Positions 1 through 11,978 of a DNA stretch of 64,000 bases are shown here, piece by piece. The notes under the pieces are model-generated. The model searched no databases. It saw nothing but the letters and a program-made list of their open reading frames with translations, and was not told the origin of the DNA. How positions within the stretch are numbered: position 1 is the first letter of the stretch; every line of letters starts with the position of its first letter. The translations under genes and the position numbers were made by a program. Source of the stretch: Octopus sinensis (Eukaryota); contig NC_043013.1 of NCBI RefSeq assembly GCF_006345805.1, forward strand, positions 46,500,001 through 46,564,000. The letters run 5' to 3'.

Positions 1-64
1 TTCTGGTATTTTACATGGAAAATCGACACCTCCTCAGAATAAATTTGGTAACGTTAATGCCAAT

Positions 65-279
65 ATTGGTTTCAGATTTTGGCACAAGGCCAGAAATTTC
101 GGGGGTGGAGGCGGGGGCAGGGGATAAGTCGATTATATCGACCCCCCTGTGCTCAACTGATACTTATTTTATCGATACCGAAAACACGAAAGGCAAATTC
201 AACTTCAGCGTAATTTGAACTCGAACGTAAGGACGGACGAAAAGCCGCTAAGCATTTCGCTCGGTGTGCTAATGATTCT
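65..279 (-). mobile_element. SINE-A (tRNA-derived head, shared body, GGCCTTGTGCCAAAAT tail); host of the SINE-B array
   Basis: Matches many other copies in the window; box-B-like GAGTTCAAATT on the minus strand; head interrupted at 279/280 by a SINE-B 3' end. Confidence 0.85.
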
Positions 280-1713
280 TATTTCTTTACTGCCCGCAAG
301 GGGCTACACATAGAGGGGACAGACAAGGGCAGACAAACGGATTAAGTCGATTATATTGACCCCAGTGCGTAACTGGTACTTATTTAATCGACCCCGAAAG
401 GATGAAAGGCAAAGTCGACCTCGGCGAAATTTGAACCCAGAACGTAATGACAGACGAAATACCTATCTCTTTACTACCCACAAGGGGCTAAACACATAGA
501 GGGAACAAACAAGAACAGACAAAGGGGTTAAGTCGATTATATTGACCCAGTGCGTAACTGGTACTTATTTAATCGACCCCGAAAGGATGAAAGGCAAAGT
601 CGACCTCGGCAGAATTTCAACTCAGAACTTAGCGAGGGGCGAAATACCTATTTCTTTACTACCTACAAGGGGCTACACACAGGATGGACAAACAAGGACA
701 GACACACGGATTAAGTCGATTATATCGACCCCCAGTGCGTAACTGGTACTTATTTAATCGACCCCGAAAGGATGAAAGCAAAGTCGAGCTCGACGGAATT
801 TGAACTCAGAACGTAGCGGCAGACGAAATACCTATTTCTTTACTACCCACAAGGGGCTAAACACAGAGAAGACAAACGGATTAAGTCGATTACCCATTTC
901 TTTACTACCCACAGAGAGGCCAATCAAGGACAGACAAATAGATTAAGTCGATTATATCGACCCCCAGTGCGTAACTGGTACTTATTTAATCGACCCCGAA
1001 AGGATGAAAGGCAAAGTCGACCTCGGCGAAATTTGAACCCAGAACGTAATGACAGACGAAATACCTATCTCTTTACTACCCACAAGGGGCTAAACACATA
1101 GAGGGAACAAACAAGAACAGACAAAGGGGTTAAGTCGATTATATTGACCCAGTGCGTAACTGGTACTTATTTAATCGACCCCGAAAGGATGAAAGGCAAA
1201 GTCGACCTCGGCAGAATTTCAACTCAGAACTTAGCGAGGGGCGAAATACCTATTTCTTTACTACCTACAAGGGGCTACACACAGGATGGACAAACAAGGA
1301 CAGACACACGGATTAAGTCGATTATATCGACCCCAGTGCGTAACTGGTACTTATTTAATCGACCCCGAAAGGATGAAAGGCAAAGTCGACCTCGGCGGAA
1401 TTTGAACTCAGAACGTAGCGGCAGACGAAATACCTATTTCTTTACTACCCACAAGGGGCTAAACACAGAGAAGACAAACGGATTAAGTCGATTACCCATT
1501 TCTTTACTACCCACAGAGAGGCCAATCAAGGACAGACAAATAGATTAAGTCGATTATATCGACCCCCAGTGCGTAACTGGTACTTATTTAATCGACCCCG
1601 AAAGGATGGAAAGCAAAGTCGAGCTCGACGGAATTTGAACTCAGAACGTAGCGGCAGACGAAATACCGCTCAGCATTTCGCCCGACGTGCTAACGTTTCT
1701 GCCAGCTCGCCGC
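280..1713 (-). mobile_element. Tandem array of 9 SINE-B units (7 near-complete, 2 short), only one intact head
   Basis: Units of about 170-185 bp; junction GAAATACC|TATYTC at 456, 641, 825, 1058, 1243 and 1427; 602-bp higher-order period; head ends at 1713. Confidence 0.9.
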
Positions 1714-2552
1714 TCTACATTAATGTCAATATTATCCAACCAGTAATACTAACAATACTATAAATTAATGTTTACACGTGTATTGTCTTTACTGCTATAA
1801 AAGAAAAATCCACACACGTGTAGTGTAGCTTAAGACTCAGTAAATGATAAATTCTTCCAAGCAAACTGTACGGCTGAATCCTATTTCAAGAGCAGTCATT
1901 CAAGTTTAACAAGAATGTCGTTGCTGGAAGCTATCTTGCAAAGTCTACAATGTGATTTTTGTTAAATTACTTCTTGATTTTTATGCTCGCATTTATTTTC
2001 TTTCATGTTTCTTTTCCCTTGTGAAATCATGAATGAAATCTTGGCGAAGAACAAAACAGTTACATAAACATCTATAATTGCGAAAATAACCTTTGAATCA
2101 ATCGTGAAGCGTGTGTATGAATGGAAGACGAAACGCCGGGGCACGTTCCCAGATACGATGACGCTATCAACTTTAGTACTTCGCCGATCTGTATTGAAGT
2201 CTCTCTAGGTTCAGTTTTACCTATCTTGCGATCGATCGTTGCTTAGATCGATAAAAATAAGTAATATACTAGGATCAATTGACTTTATTCTCCTACATCA
2301 ATAGTCATCTGTGTAGTAAAAGGAAAAAAATCGATATTTTTACTTAGATTGTGTGATTTCGATATTGGTCATGTTGACGACGGCCATATATGTTTGAAAC
2401 ATTATAGCTTCCTTCTCAGTGTTGCACCTCTATTCATATTACTAGCTGTTGACTGTTTATTATTATATATTATACCTTTTATACTGTAATAAATGTTAGT
2501 TATTATATTTAGATGTACCACGTGAAGTGTTCTATCTGCGCTGCCTGCTGTA

Positions 2553-2700
2553 ACTAGCAAGGAAGTCTCTATGTAGCTCACTCGACCTGCAAGAAATAGT
2601 AGTCAATTTCTTCTCAAACCACACCCTACATTACTTTAAAAAAAGGGGGCACATTGTTTAATGTAGGCCTAAATATATTGTCTGAATAAAGTCGAAATAG
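2553..2700 (+). repeat. Fragment of an older dispersed repeat family (working name D)
   Basis: Motif resembling CTAGAAATAGCAGCCAAATCTCCCTCAAATCACACCCTA recurs at about 2589, 27395, 52449 and (minus) 45598-45636. Confidence 0.55.
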
Positions 2701-3500
2701 TCAATTCTGAATTACCTTTGATCTGAAGTATTCCTGATCAAAGCCGAATAGGAGAGCAGGTAGATGTTGACTAAGCAGCAGCAGCAGCAGCAGCTGTCCA
2801 AGAATTCGGACCTGGAGATCTCCATTTCCAGTGACTTCGAGGGCCACCTCCCAGTGCTGTCGGGCGTCAATGAAGAGCCCTCGACTACAACAAGACGACC
2901 AAAGTTTTTCTTTTTTCTCCAAGGTCTGGGGTCTCCCGCCCCTAAGCCCTAGACTATCACCTAATCACCCTTACCCACCTTATTGCTTAACAACAACAAG
3001 CAGTAGCAGTAGCAGTAGCAGCAGCAGTAGCACTGTATATCTGTACCACGTGAGGTTTTTCTTCACCTTTTATAACAGTCTCATCCATTGCTGATCTATT
3101 AGTGTAAAGATTACGTTGCTTGTCATTGTCCTCAAAATTACAGTCAGTAAGAGGGAAAAATACGGCCAATTATGACTCCTGGGATATTTGACAGATAAGG
3201 ATAACAATTATACGTTTAAAGAGATTAAGGAATAAATAAAAGGGAATTAGTACAAGTGTTAAGCAAACGACAATATAAACATTTGAGGACAGGATGTCAA
3301 AATATTTTCAGGAACAGCAACCGATGAGAGCATTAGATTAATACTTAATACTTGTCACTGATTGATAAGTAAAACTAAACAAATATGATTGTATTGTAAA
3401 CTGGAAACTTGATTTCACCGTTGAAAATACACTCAGGGCTATATTATTTCTTTATTTCTTTTTTAATAATATCAAAGTATCTTTATGTTTGTTGCTGATA

Positions 3501-3715
3501 TTTTACTCTTTACTCTCTCTTTTACTTGTTTCAGTCATTTGACTGCGGCCATCGCTGGAGCACTGCCTTTAATCGAGCAACTCGATCCCGGGACGTATTC
3601 TTTTTGTAAGCCCAGTACTTATTCTATCGGTCTCTTTTGCCGAACCGCTAAGTAACGGGGACATAAACACACCAGCATCGGTTGTCAAGCAATGCTAGGG
3701 GGACAAACACACACA

Positions 3716-3757
<42 letters not shown>

Positions 3758-3923
3758 TACGACAGGCTTCTTTCAGTTTCCGTCTACCAAATCCACTCAC
3801 AAGGCTTTGGTCGGCCCGAGGCTATAGTAGAAGACACTTGCCCAAGGTGCCACGCAGTGGGACTGAACCCGGAACCATGTGGTTGGTAAACAAGCTACTT
3901 ACCACACAGCCACTCCTGCGCCT
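3501..3923 (-). mobile_element. SINE-C, full length (tRNA head, CORE-like block, internal (TA)/(TG) microsatellite, AAAAGAGT tail)
   Basis: Near-identical to copies at 4895, 46457, 47185 and others; contains CACCTTGGGCAAGTGTCTT, which resembles the CORE-SINE motif as I recall it. Confidence 0.9.
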
Positions 3924-3942
3924 ATTTTGTTCATTTATAAAA

Positions 3943-4577
3943 CAGCGAGCCGGTTGAATCGTAAACACACCGGTAAAAATGCTTAGCGTTATTTCGTCCG
4001 TCGTTACGTTTTGAATTCTTTCGGTGGCCAATAAAAAAAATAGCAGTCGAGTACTGGGGGCGGATGTAATCGACTTTTCCCCTCCCCCGAACTTGGTGGC
4101 CTTGTACCAAAATTTTAAACCGATAGTTTTAGGCGGCGGGCTGGAAGAATCGATACTGCGCTGGAAAAAATGCTTAGCAGCATTTCTTTCGACTTTGCAT
4201 GCTAAGTTCAAATTCCGCTGAGGTCGGCTTGCCTTTCATTCTTTTGGAGGTCGATAAATTAAATACCAGTCGTGTACTGGGGTTGATGCAATCGATTTAC
4301 CCCTTCCCCGAAATTGCTGGCCTTATGCTAAAATTCGAAACCGATTGTTCATTTATAAGACGGCGAGCTGATAGAATCGTTAATTTACTGGGCAAAATGC
4401 TTAGAAGCCTTCCGTCCGTCTTTACATTCTTAGTTCAAATTCCTCTGAGGTTGACTTTGTCTTTCATCCTTCTGGGGTCGATAAAAGAAGTACCAGTTGA
4501 GTATTGGGGTCGATGTAATCTACTTACTCCCTTCACCCGAACTTGATGGCCTCGTGTCAAAATTGGAAACCAATATT
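3943..4577 (+). mobile_element. Three head-to-tail SINE-A copies
   Basis: Three repeats of head, GCCTTTCAT...GTCGATAAA...GTACCAG body and GGCCTTGT tail (about 3943-4118, 4133-4345, 4360-4577). Confidence 0.85.
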
Positions 4578-4894
4578 ACCGTTTCAACAACAAATTTTTG
4601 TGAGATAAGTACATGATGAATTTCGAAGTTTCGGGGGAAATTTTTTTTAAAAATTGAAATTTAAGGTAATTTGATACTTTTTAGGGTGGCTTTCCCGAGG
4701 ATTGAAACAAAATGAGAAGACTAAAGGATGGCCTTTGAACAACAATGTGGCAAGAAGGAAAAAATATTTAATCCATGCATCGTAGCGGAGAATCAAAATG
4801 AAAATCGTCTTATCCATCTTTACATTATGACTCATAAATCTAAAATATAAACATCGAAATCTTTTTATTTAGTTTGAATAAAAATCTTTCGCAT

Positions 4895-5308
4895 GCGCAG
4901 GAGTGGCTGTGTGGTAAGTAGCTTGTTTACCAACCACATGGTTCCCGGTTCAGTCCCACTGCGTGGCACCTTGGGCGAGTGTCTTCTACTATAGCCTCGG
5001 GCCGACCAAAGCCTTCTGAGTGGATTTGGTAAACGTAAACAGAAAGAATCCCGTCGTATATATGTATATTTATATATGTGTGCGTGTGTGTGTTTGTGTG
5101 TCTGTGTTTGTCCCCCTAGCATTGCTTGACAACCGATGCTGGTGTGTTTACGTCCCCGTTACCTAGCGGTTCGGCAAAAGAGAGAACGATAGAATAAGTA
5201 CTGGGCTTACAAAAAGAATAAGTCCCGGGGTCGAGTTGCTTGATTAAAGGCGGTGCTCCAGCATGGCCGCAGTCAAATGACTGAAACAAGTAAAAGAGTA
5301 AAAGAGTA
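4895..5308 (+). mobile_element. SINE-C, full length
   Basis: GCGCAGGAGTGGCTGTGTGGTAAG head through an (AAAAGAGT)2 tail. Confidence 0.9.
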
Positions 5309-5500
5309 TGCAATATCGCTGAAAGTAATATGGCCGGCTCTTATTTTTTTCACCTATCCATGAAGCTTGGTTTATAATGTACCTACCTTTAACGAAATTT
5401 CTAGACTAGCGTAATTGTAAAGTAAATGGCCGACAAATGATATGAAGAGGAGTAAATAAAGAATTAATCGGTAATCTGGGTTAGAATAACAAGTTAAAAA

Positions 5501-7013
5501 TTACACCCACGGGTTATCAAAGCGTTGGCTCCGGTCATCTGCGAGCCCTTAACACGACTATTCAATATGTCATTGGCGACGGGTGTTATACCTGCAGACT
5601 GGAGAACAGCGATAATCTGCCCAATTTTCAAGAAAGGGAGCCGCGAAGACCCGCTTAACTACCGACCGGTTTCCCTTACATCAATAATCAGCAAGATGTT
5701 CGAAACCATCCTTAAGAAAAGTATGATGCTCCACCTCCTAAACACAGCCTCGATCACTGATTCCCAACACGGCTTCGTGCCGAAGAGATCATGCTTGACC
5801 AACTTACTAGTAATGGAAGAATTGGTGACGCGCATCCTCGATGATAGTGATGCTGTTGACATCGTTTTATTGGACTTTGCCAAAGCTTTTGACTCGGTAA
5901 ACCACCGCCTAGTACTTGTCAAGCTTCAAGCATATAGTTTCCATCCGGATATTGTACGATGGGTTGGTGCCTTCCTCTCAGATCGCTCCTTCCAAGTTCA
6001 AGTTAATGGTTCGCGGTCCGACGTCTCCAGTGCGAGCAGTGGCGTGCCTCAAGGTTCAGTGCTTGGGCCCTTGTTGTTCTTAGTCTTCATAAATGACTTG
6101 CCCGACGACCTCACGCAACACACCCTTCTATTTGCCGACGATATAAAACTGGTCGCTCCTCGCGGTAGTATAGAGGATCTTCGTCGATGCCTCCCCAAAT
6201 TTGGAAGTGGTCTAACGATTGGGACCTGTGTCTGAACGTGTCAAAGTGCTGTCATCTGCCTGTCGGCTCTACTCCTGCAACTCAACTTGATTTCGAGCCG
6301 GGTCGTCTGCTGCTGGAGAGGACCGATCAGGTAAAGGACCTGGGTATCTTGGTGGATTCCTCCTTTGCGCCTTCGGCCCAGTGCGTCCATGCTGCCAACA
6401 AAGCGCGCGGAATTCTGTTTTTGATTCGACGGTCATTCGGAATGCTCACAGCAGCCATATTCCTGCCACTCTATGTCACGCTGGTGAGACCCATATTGGA
6501 GTATGGGATTCAAGCCTTTTCTCCTTATCTCCTCAAAGACATACAGCATCTCGAAAGAGTCCAGAGGCTGGCTACCCGCATGGTTCATGGTCTCAAAAAT
6601 TTGTCCTACGAAGAAAGGCTGAGGACGCTCGACCTTTATTCTCTTGAAAAACGCCGCCGCCGTGGTGATCTCATTCTCGCCCACAACATCATAAGCGGGA
6701 AGTGTAACCTCTCGAAAGAGCTGTTCTTCACTCCTGCTCCGGAGCGTCGGCTGCGGGGTCATTCCGAAAAGCTCTACCTGCGACGATTTCATCTCAATCG
6801 AAGGAGAAGAGCTTTCTCCGTCCGGGTTGCGGATCCGTGGAACAAGCTGCCAGACGAGATGGTGAAGATGCCGACGACCGCTTTGTTCAAACCCTCCCTG
6901 GACCTCAAGTGGCCTGAACTCTTTACATGAACACCACCCTGTACTTAACTCCATGTCCCTCTACATGGCCTTGCTATTTGCTTTTGAGCCAAATTAACTA
7001 ACTAACTAACTAA
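5501..7013 (+). mobile_element. 5'-truncated CR1-type non-LTR retrotransposon (LINE) with (TAAC)n tail
   Basis: Starts mid-ORF2 (LHPRVIKALAP); RT motifs YRPVSLTS, QHGF, DFAKAFDSV, GVPQGSVLGPLLF and FADD; short 3' UTR ending AATTAACTAACTAACTAACTAA. Confidence 0.92.
5525..6930 (+). pseudogene. Reverse transcriptase (ORF2 C-terminal part), single frameshift near 6195
   Basis: Overlapping ORFs 5525-6235 and 6187-6930 join into one RT plus C-terminal region (RPILEYG, LERVQRLATRMV, LEKRRRRGDLI, RGHSEKL); no endonuclease domain present. Confidence 0.9.
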
Positions 7014-7677
7014 TAAAGAAAATGTTGAAGCCAGAACTGACCAAGACAAGTAACAGGATTTCAGTAAAACGTTTAGATAATACCGAGAAATCCCACCCTG
7101 GGTTTGTGATCATTGACGAAAGGAGGAAGTAAAAACGAATTAAATAAAATTAATCTGATAATAAAACTGGATGAATAGTAATCATTATCAATAATCTTAT
7201 CTTTCATTGACACTCGGCAACCAGAGAAACTGACATAATACATACCTGTTACTTAATGAATTCTTAATGAAAAAAAAAACGAAATTACATCTTTTATGGC
7301 GCGATTAGAGAAGAGAGGAAAAGCAGTTATAAATACATCACTGAACCTCCGAGACTGGCAGGAGAATGAAGGAAGAAACCATGACCTATGGATTATCTCC
7401 AGAGCGGAATTTTGATTCTAATGATTGTAAAAGAGTAGATTTCATGAATCATTTGTACAATCCATGTGTCCGGTTAACTGGTCAGTTTCTGCCAACTATA
7501 TTTCAATGACAAGGTTTTGTGTCAACCCGAAATTTCTGCAGTGAGATCGAACCTGCAATCCCGAAGCTGCAAAACAAATTTCTTAACGAAACGGCCATAC
7601 CTATGTCGATAGAGCTATTTCAAGATACTTCACCTATTGTTCCAATAACAACAGCAACAACAACGATGATGATAATA

Positions 7678-7905
7678 GTTTTGGCACAAGGCCAGCAACG
7701 TTGGGGGAGATGGAAGTCGATTGCATCGACCCCAGTAGTTAACTGGTACTTATTTTATCGACCCCTAACGGATGAAAGCAAAGTCAACCTCGTGGAAATT
7801 TGGACTCAAAACGTAAAAAATGGACGAAATGCTACTAAATATCTTGTTCGGTTGCTAACATCTATATCTGCTGCTGCTACTACTACTACTACTACTACTA
7901 CTACA

Positions 7906-7968
<63 letters not shown>

Positions 7969-8280
7969 CTCTTCTATTGTAGGCACAGGGCCTAAAATTT
8001 GGGGGAAGCGATTAAGTCGATTACATCGTTCCCAGTGCGTATTTAATCAACCCTGAAAGGCAAAGTCGATCTCAGCAGAATTTGAACTCAGAACGCAGTG
8101 ATGGGCAAAATACCGCCAAGCATTTCGTCCAGCGTACTAACGATTCTACCAGCTCGCCACCTTAATAACAATAATAACAATTATTATTTCAATTTTTTGC
8201 CACAATGGCGGATTGGGAGAAGTGCAGATGAGTCGATTACATCGACCCGAGTGTTTAACTAGTACTTATTTTATCGACCT
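7678..8280 (-). mobile_element. Two SINE-A copies plus a fragment, with (CTA)n(ATA)n microsatellite abutting a SINE tail
   Basis: Shared body and head on the minus strand; trinucleotide array at about 7875-7968 directly adjoins the tail of the second copy. Confidence 0.75.
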
Positions 8281-8790
8281 TTATTGCTTTATAATAATAA
8301 TTATGAAGCTATAATGGGATTGTTTTAAACATCGAATGGCTTTGAAGGTCCATCAGAGTAAAATAGGAATCAAAGAGTCCAGAGGCAAAAATTGACCAAG
8401 AACCATTGATTTTTGAGTATCTCAATTCAAATAAGTTAAATGCGACTCTTTTGCAACTAAAAAATATCATTTACTTTCAAAATTGATTCGGCGCAACCAA
8501 ATCGAGTTCCTATTAAGGCCTGTTGTTGTTCTTGTCGTTGTTTCGGCACCGGTTAGCCCTAAATGAGCTGGTCTATAATCAAAAGAATATTCAAGTCTTC
8601 CACTCAGGCACAGTTTTCTTTCTGGGACTCCAATGTGTCACTCCATTATCAAGTAGATAGGGTGTTACGTAAGGAATATTTGGTTGTTGTTTTTAGCACG
8701 GAAAGCTACCACGGTGACGCTGTCCACCATTGGCTTGAGTTACTCAGCTTCATTATGAAACAGTCGAACGAGGTTATGTCATCATCTACT

Positions 8791-8862
<72 letters not shown>

Positions 8863-9784
8863 CACACACCACACACACAAACACACACACAAGCACTAAC
8901 ACACTCTCACATAAACTCACGCAAACTCATACACACACATACATGCACTGACACAGACTCAAATAAAATCGCATAAATTCATGCACACACACACAGACAC
9001 ACACACACACACACACACACACATAATTGCTTTGACAATGTATCTTACAGTAATACTAATATTATTTTATTGACATCGGAGACATGAAAGGGAGAAATGG
9101 ACTCGGACAGTATTACTACTCTGGCAATATCTTATCATGCTTGGCTCTCCACCAAATCATTTCTCTTACATACAGAACAGTTTTTCGAGGGATGTGATAG
9201 CAGTAATCGATAGTAGTGTATTTTATCGACCCCCTGCTAGAAAACTGAGACATTGAATTAGATTCCCAAACTTTGTCAAAGTAAATGGAGATATATCTAT
9301 AGTTATATCATTCTGTATCTATCTACATTTATGTATGTGCGTACATATATTACACACATACTCACAGACATACACGCATACATACACACACGCATATGTA
9401 TATATACATACATATAAGTATATATATATATATATATATAATATATATATATATATATGCACAAACATACATGTATGTGTATGTATTTACATATTCGCAT
9501 TTATACAAAACACCTATACACACGAACACGTTTGGAGAGGTGTGCATATGCGCTTATGTGTACAAGGCGCATGTGTCTGGTAACGGTCAGTATTAGCCGG
9601 TGGCCAAAAACAATGGATAAAAAAGAATAATCAAGTATAAAAAAGAAAAAAATTTCAAAAAACTTTCTCTCATACAAATCGCAAAATAAGGGAAAAAGAT
9701 AAAAACAGCAAAGCCAAATATATACATGTGTGAATGAGTGAGTGTGTGTATGTGTGTGTGTGAGTATGTATATACATACATACA

Positions 9785-9822
<38 letters not shown>

Positions 9823-10011
9823 ATATATATATATTTATATATATATATACACATATACATATATATAAATACATACATGCATACACACACACACACATAT
9901 ATATAAATACATACATGCATACACACACACACATATATATATATATATACATAAATATATATGCATACACACACACACACACACATACACACACACACAG
10001 ACACACACACA

Positions 10012-10052
<41 letters not shown>

Positions 10053-10884
10053 GAAGTAAATCTACTGAGAATATTTTTGTACATTAACTCTCAGTCTAAC
10101 TTTTCTACTATCGAAAAAAAATTCTTCGAAGTCTATGAAATTATTCGATCACGTATGAAAGAAAAAAATCAGCCAAAAAAAAAAAACAAAACAAAAAAAC
10201 AAAACAAAAAAACAAAAATAAAACTACTCCTTCTAAGTAAAAGAACTCTGTCCCTCACCGTTCTTTACTGACCGTAGCTAACGGCCAACTTTGGGAGTTG
10301 GAATCGAGAATATTAACTAGAAAATATCTCATAGAAAACTTACAGGAAAATCACAAAAGAATAGGGAAAAAGTGGAGAAAAAAATGGTAAGAAAATAAAG
10401 AAATAAGAGAGAAGAGAAGTCTGTGCTAATGCGATGTGGAAGTGTGTTGGGAGGTGTAGATAGGTGGGCAGGTGGGCGTTTAATGATGGTGGACTTTTTA
10501 CGTGAGAGTGTCATCGATATTCTCGTAGCTGAATGTGCAAATATCGTACTTATAGATGCACGTGTATGTATGTATGTATGTATGTATGTATGTATGCATG
10601 CATGTATGTATGTATGTATGTATGCATGTATGTATGTATGCATGTATGTATGTATGCATGTATGTATGTATGCATGTATGTATGTATGTATGCATGCATG
10701 TATGTATGTATGTATATGCATGTATGTATGCATGCATGTATGTATGTATGTAATTATTTATGTATGTATGTATGTATGTATGTATGTATGTATGCAAGCA
10801 TGTCTGTATGTATGTATGTATTTATGTATGTATGAATGTATGCATGTATGCATGTATGTATGTATGTATCTATCTATATCTCTG

Positions 10885-10971
<87 letters not shown>

Positions 10972-11250
10972 CCCTGTCTGTCTGTGTGACTGTCTGTCTG
11001 TCAGTCTATCTATCCGGCTGTCTGCCTGCCAAAGAGTGGGATGGAAACAAACTCAGACAGAAAGGCACACGCATAGTCACATATACTCACGTACACACAC
11101 ACACTCACACACACAGACACGCACACATGTACGTATGTATATGCATATATGTATATTTATATATGAATGCATGTATGTATATGTACGAATATATGTACAT
11201 TTATATATACATTCATATACCAATGTGTATATGAGTTTATATATATATAT
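8791..11250. repeat. Compound microsatellite field (CA, TA, CATA/TATG, TATC)
   Basis: Direct reading: (CA)n about 8791-9023, mixed 9340-10050, (TATG)n about 10560-10866, (TATC)n about 10867-10970. Confidence 0.95.
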
Positions 11251-11765
11251 ATAAATATTTGTTTGTTTGATTGTGTGGGGTGTCGGTGGGGGTGGGCAAA
11301 GTGCGAGTGTGCGTAAAGTTATATATTGAAATCGTAGTCGGATACCATAGGTTTCGTGTGAGTAAATTTACAGTAACTCAATCAGCGACTAAATAATGAA
11401 TATCAACTTCACCAATTAATTGACAAGAGTGTAGTATAAAATGACATATTATCACGAACAGTTAATAATCATTAACTAGTAATAAACTATATATCTAATA
11501 TCATAAATGCGAAAATTAATTTCTGTGTGTCAGTGTGTCACACTTCGACCTCCCTCTCTCACTGTCCGTTGACACTTCTACTATTGCTCATACTGGGGTG
11601 ATAGTAATAGTAGGGCTCATACTGGGGAGAGAGTGATAGAGTAATAGTAGGTATAAAGACGGTGAGAGGTGGCGAAAACAGACTGGGAAAGAGAAAGAAA
11701 AAGGGAGGGAGAGAAAGAGAAAAAAGAAATTTAAGGAGAGTTGATGATGATTTTATTAAAAGTAG

Positions 11766-11978
11766 TAGTTAGTTAGTTAGTTAGTTAATTTGGCTCAAAA
11801 GCAAATAGCAAGGCCATGTAGGGGGACATGGAGTTAAGTACAGGGTGGTGTTCATGTAAAGAGTTCAGGCCACTTGAGGTCCAGGGAGGCTTTGAACAAA
11901 GCGGTCGTCGGCATCTTCACCATCTCGTCTGGCAGCTTGTTCCACGGATCCGCAACCCGGACGGAGAAAGCTCCTCTC
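11766..11978 (-). mobile_element. 3' end fragment of the same CR1-type LINE
   Basis: Reverse complement of 6804-7013 with 3 substitutions by eye; (GTTA)n tail. Confidence 0.92.

Noticed and set aside
1-1763. SINE arrays as a CRISPR-like repeat/spacer array, and their repeated ORFs (542, 1144, 1569)
   Set aside because: Units are ~185-bp SINE bodies with no unique spacers, no cas genes, eukaryotic context; the ORFs are chance frames in SINE sequence.
8563-11254. Long ORFs rich in HT, CV, YI, MYVC and SIYL (also at 16.6-17.6, 32.8-33.8, 49-50.5, 53.5-54 and 59-63 kb)
   Set aside because: Translations of microsatellites and low-complexity tracts, not genes.
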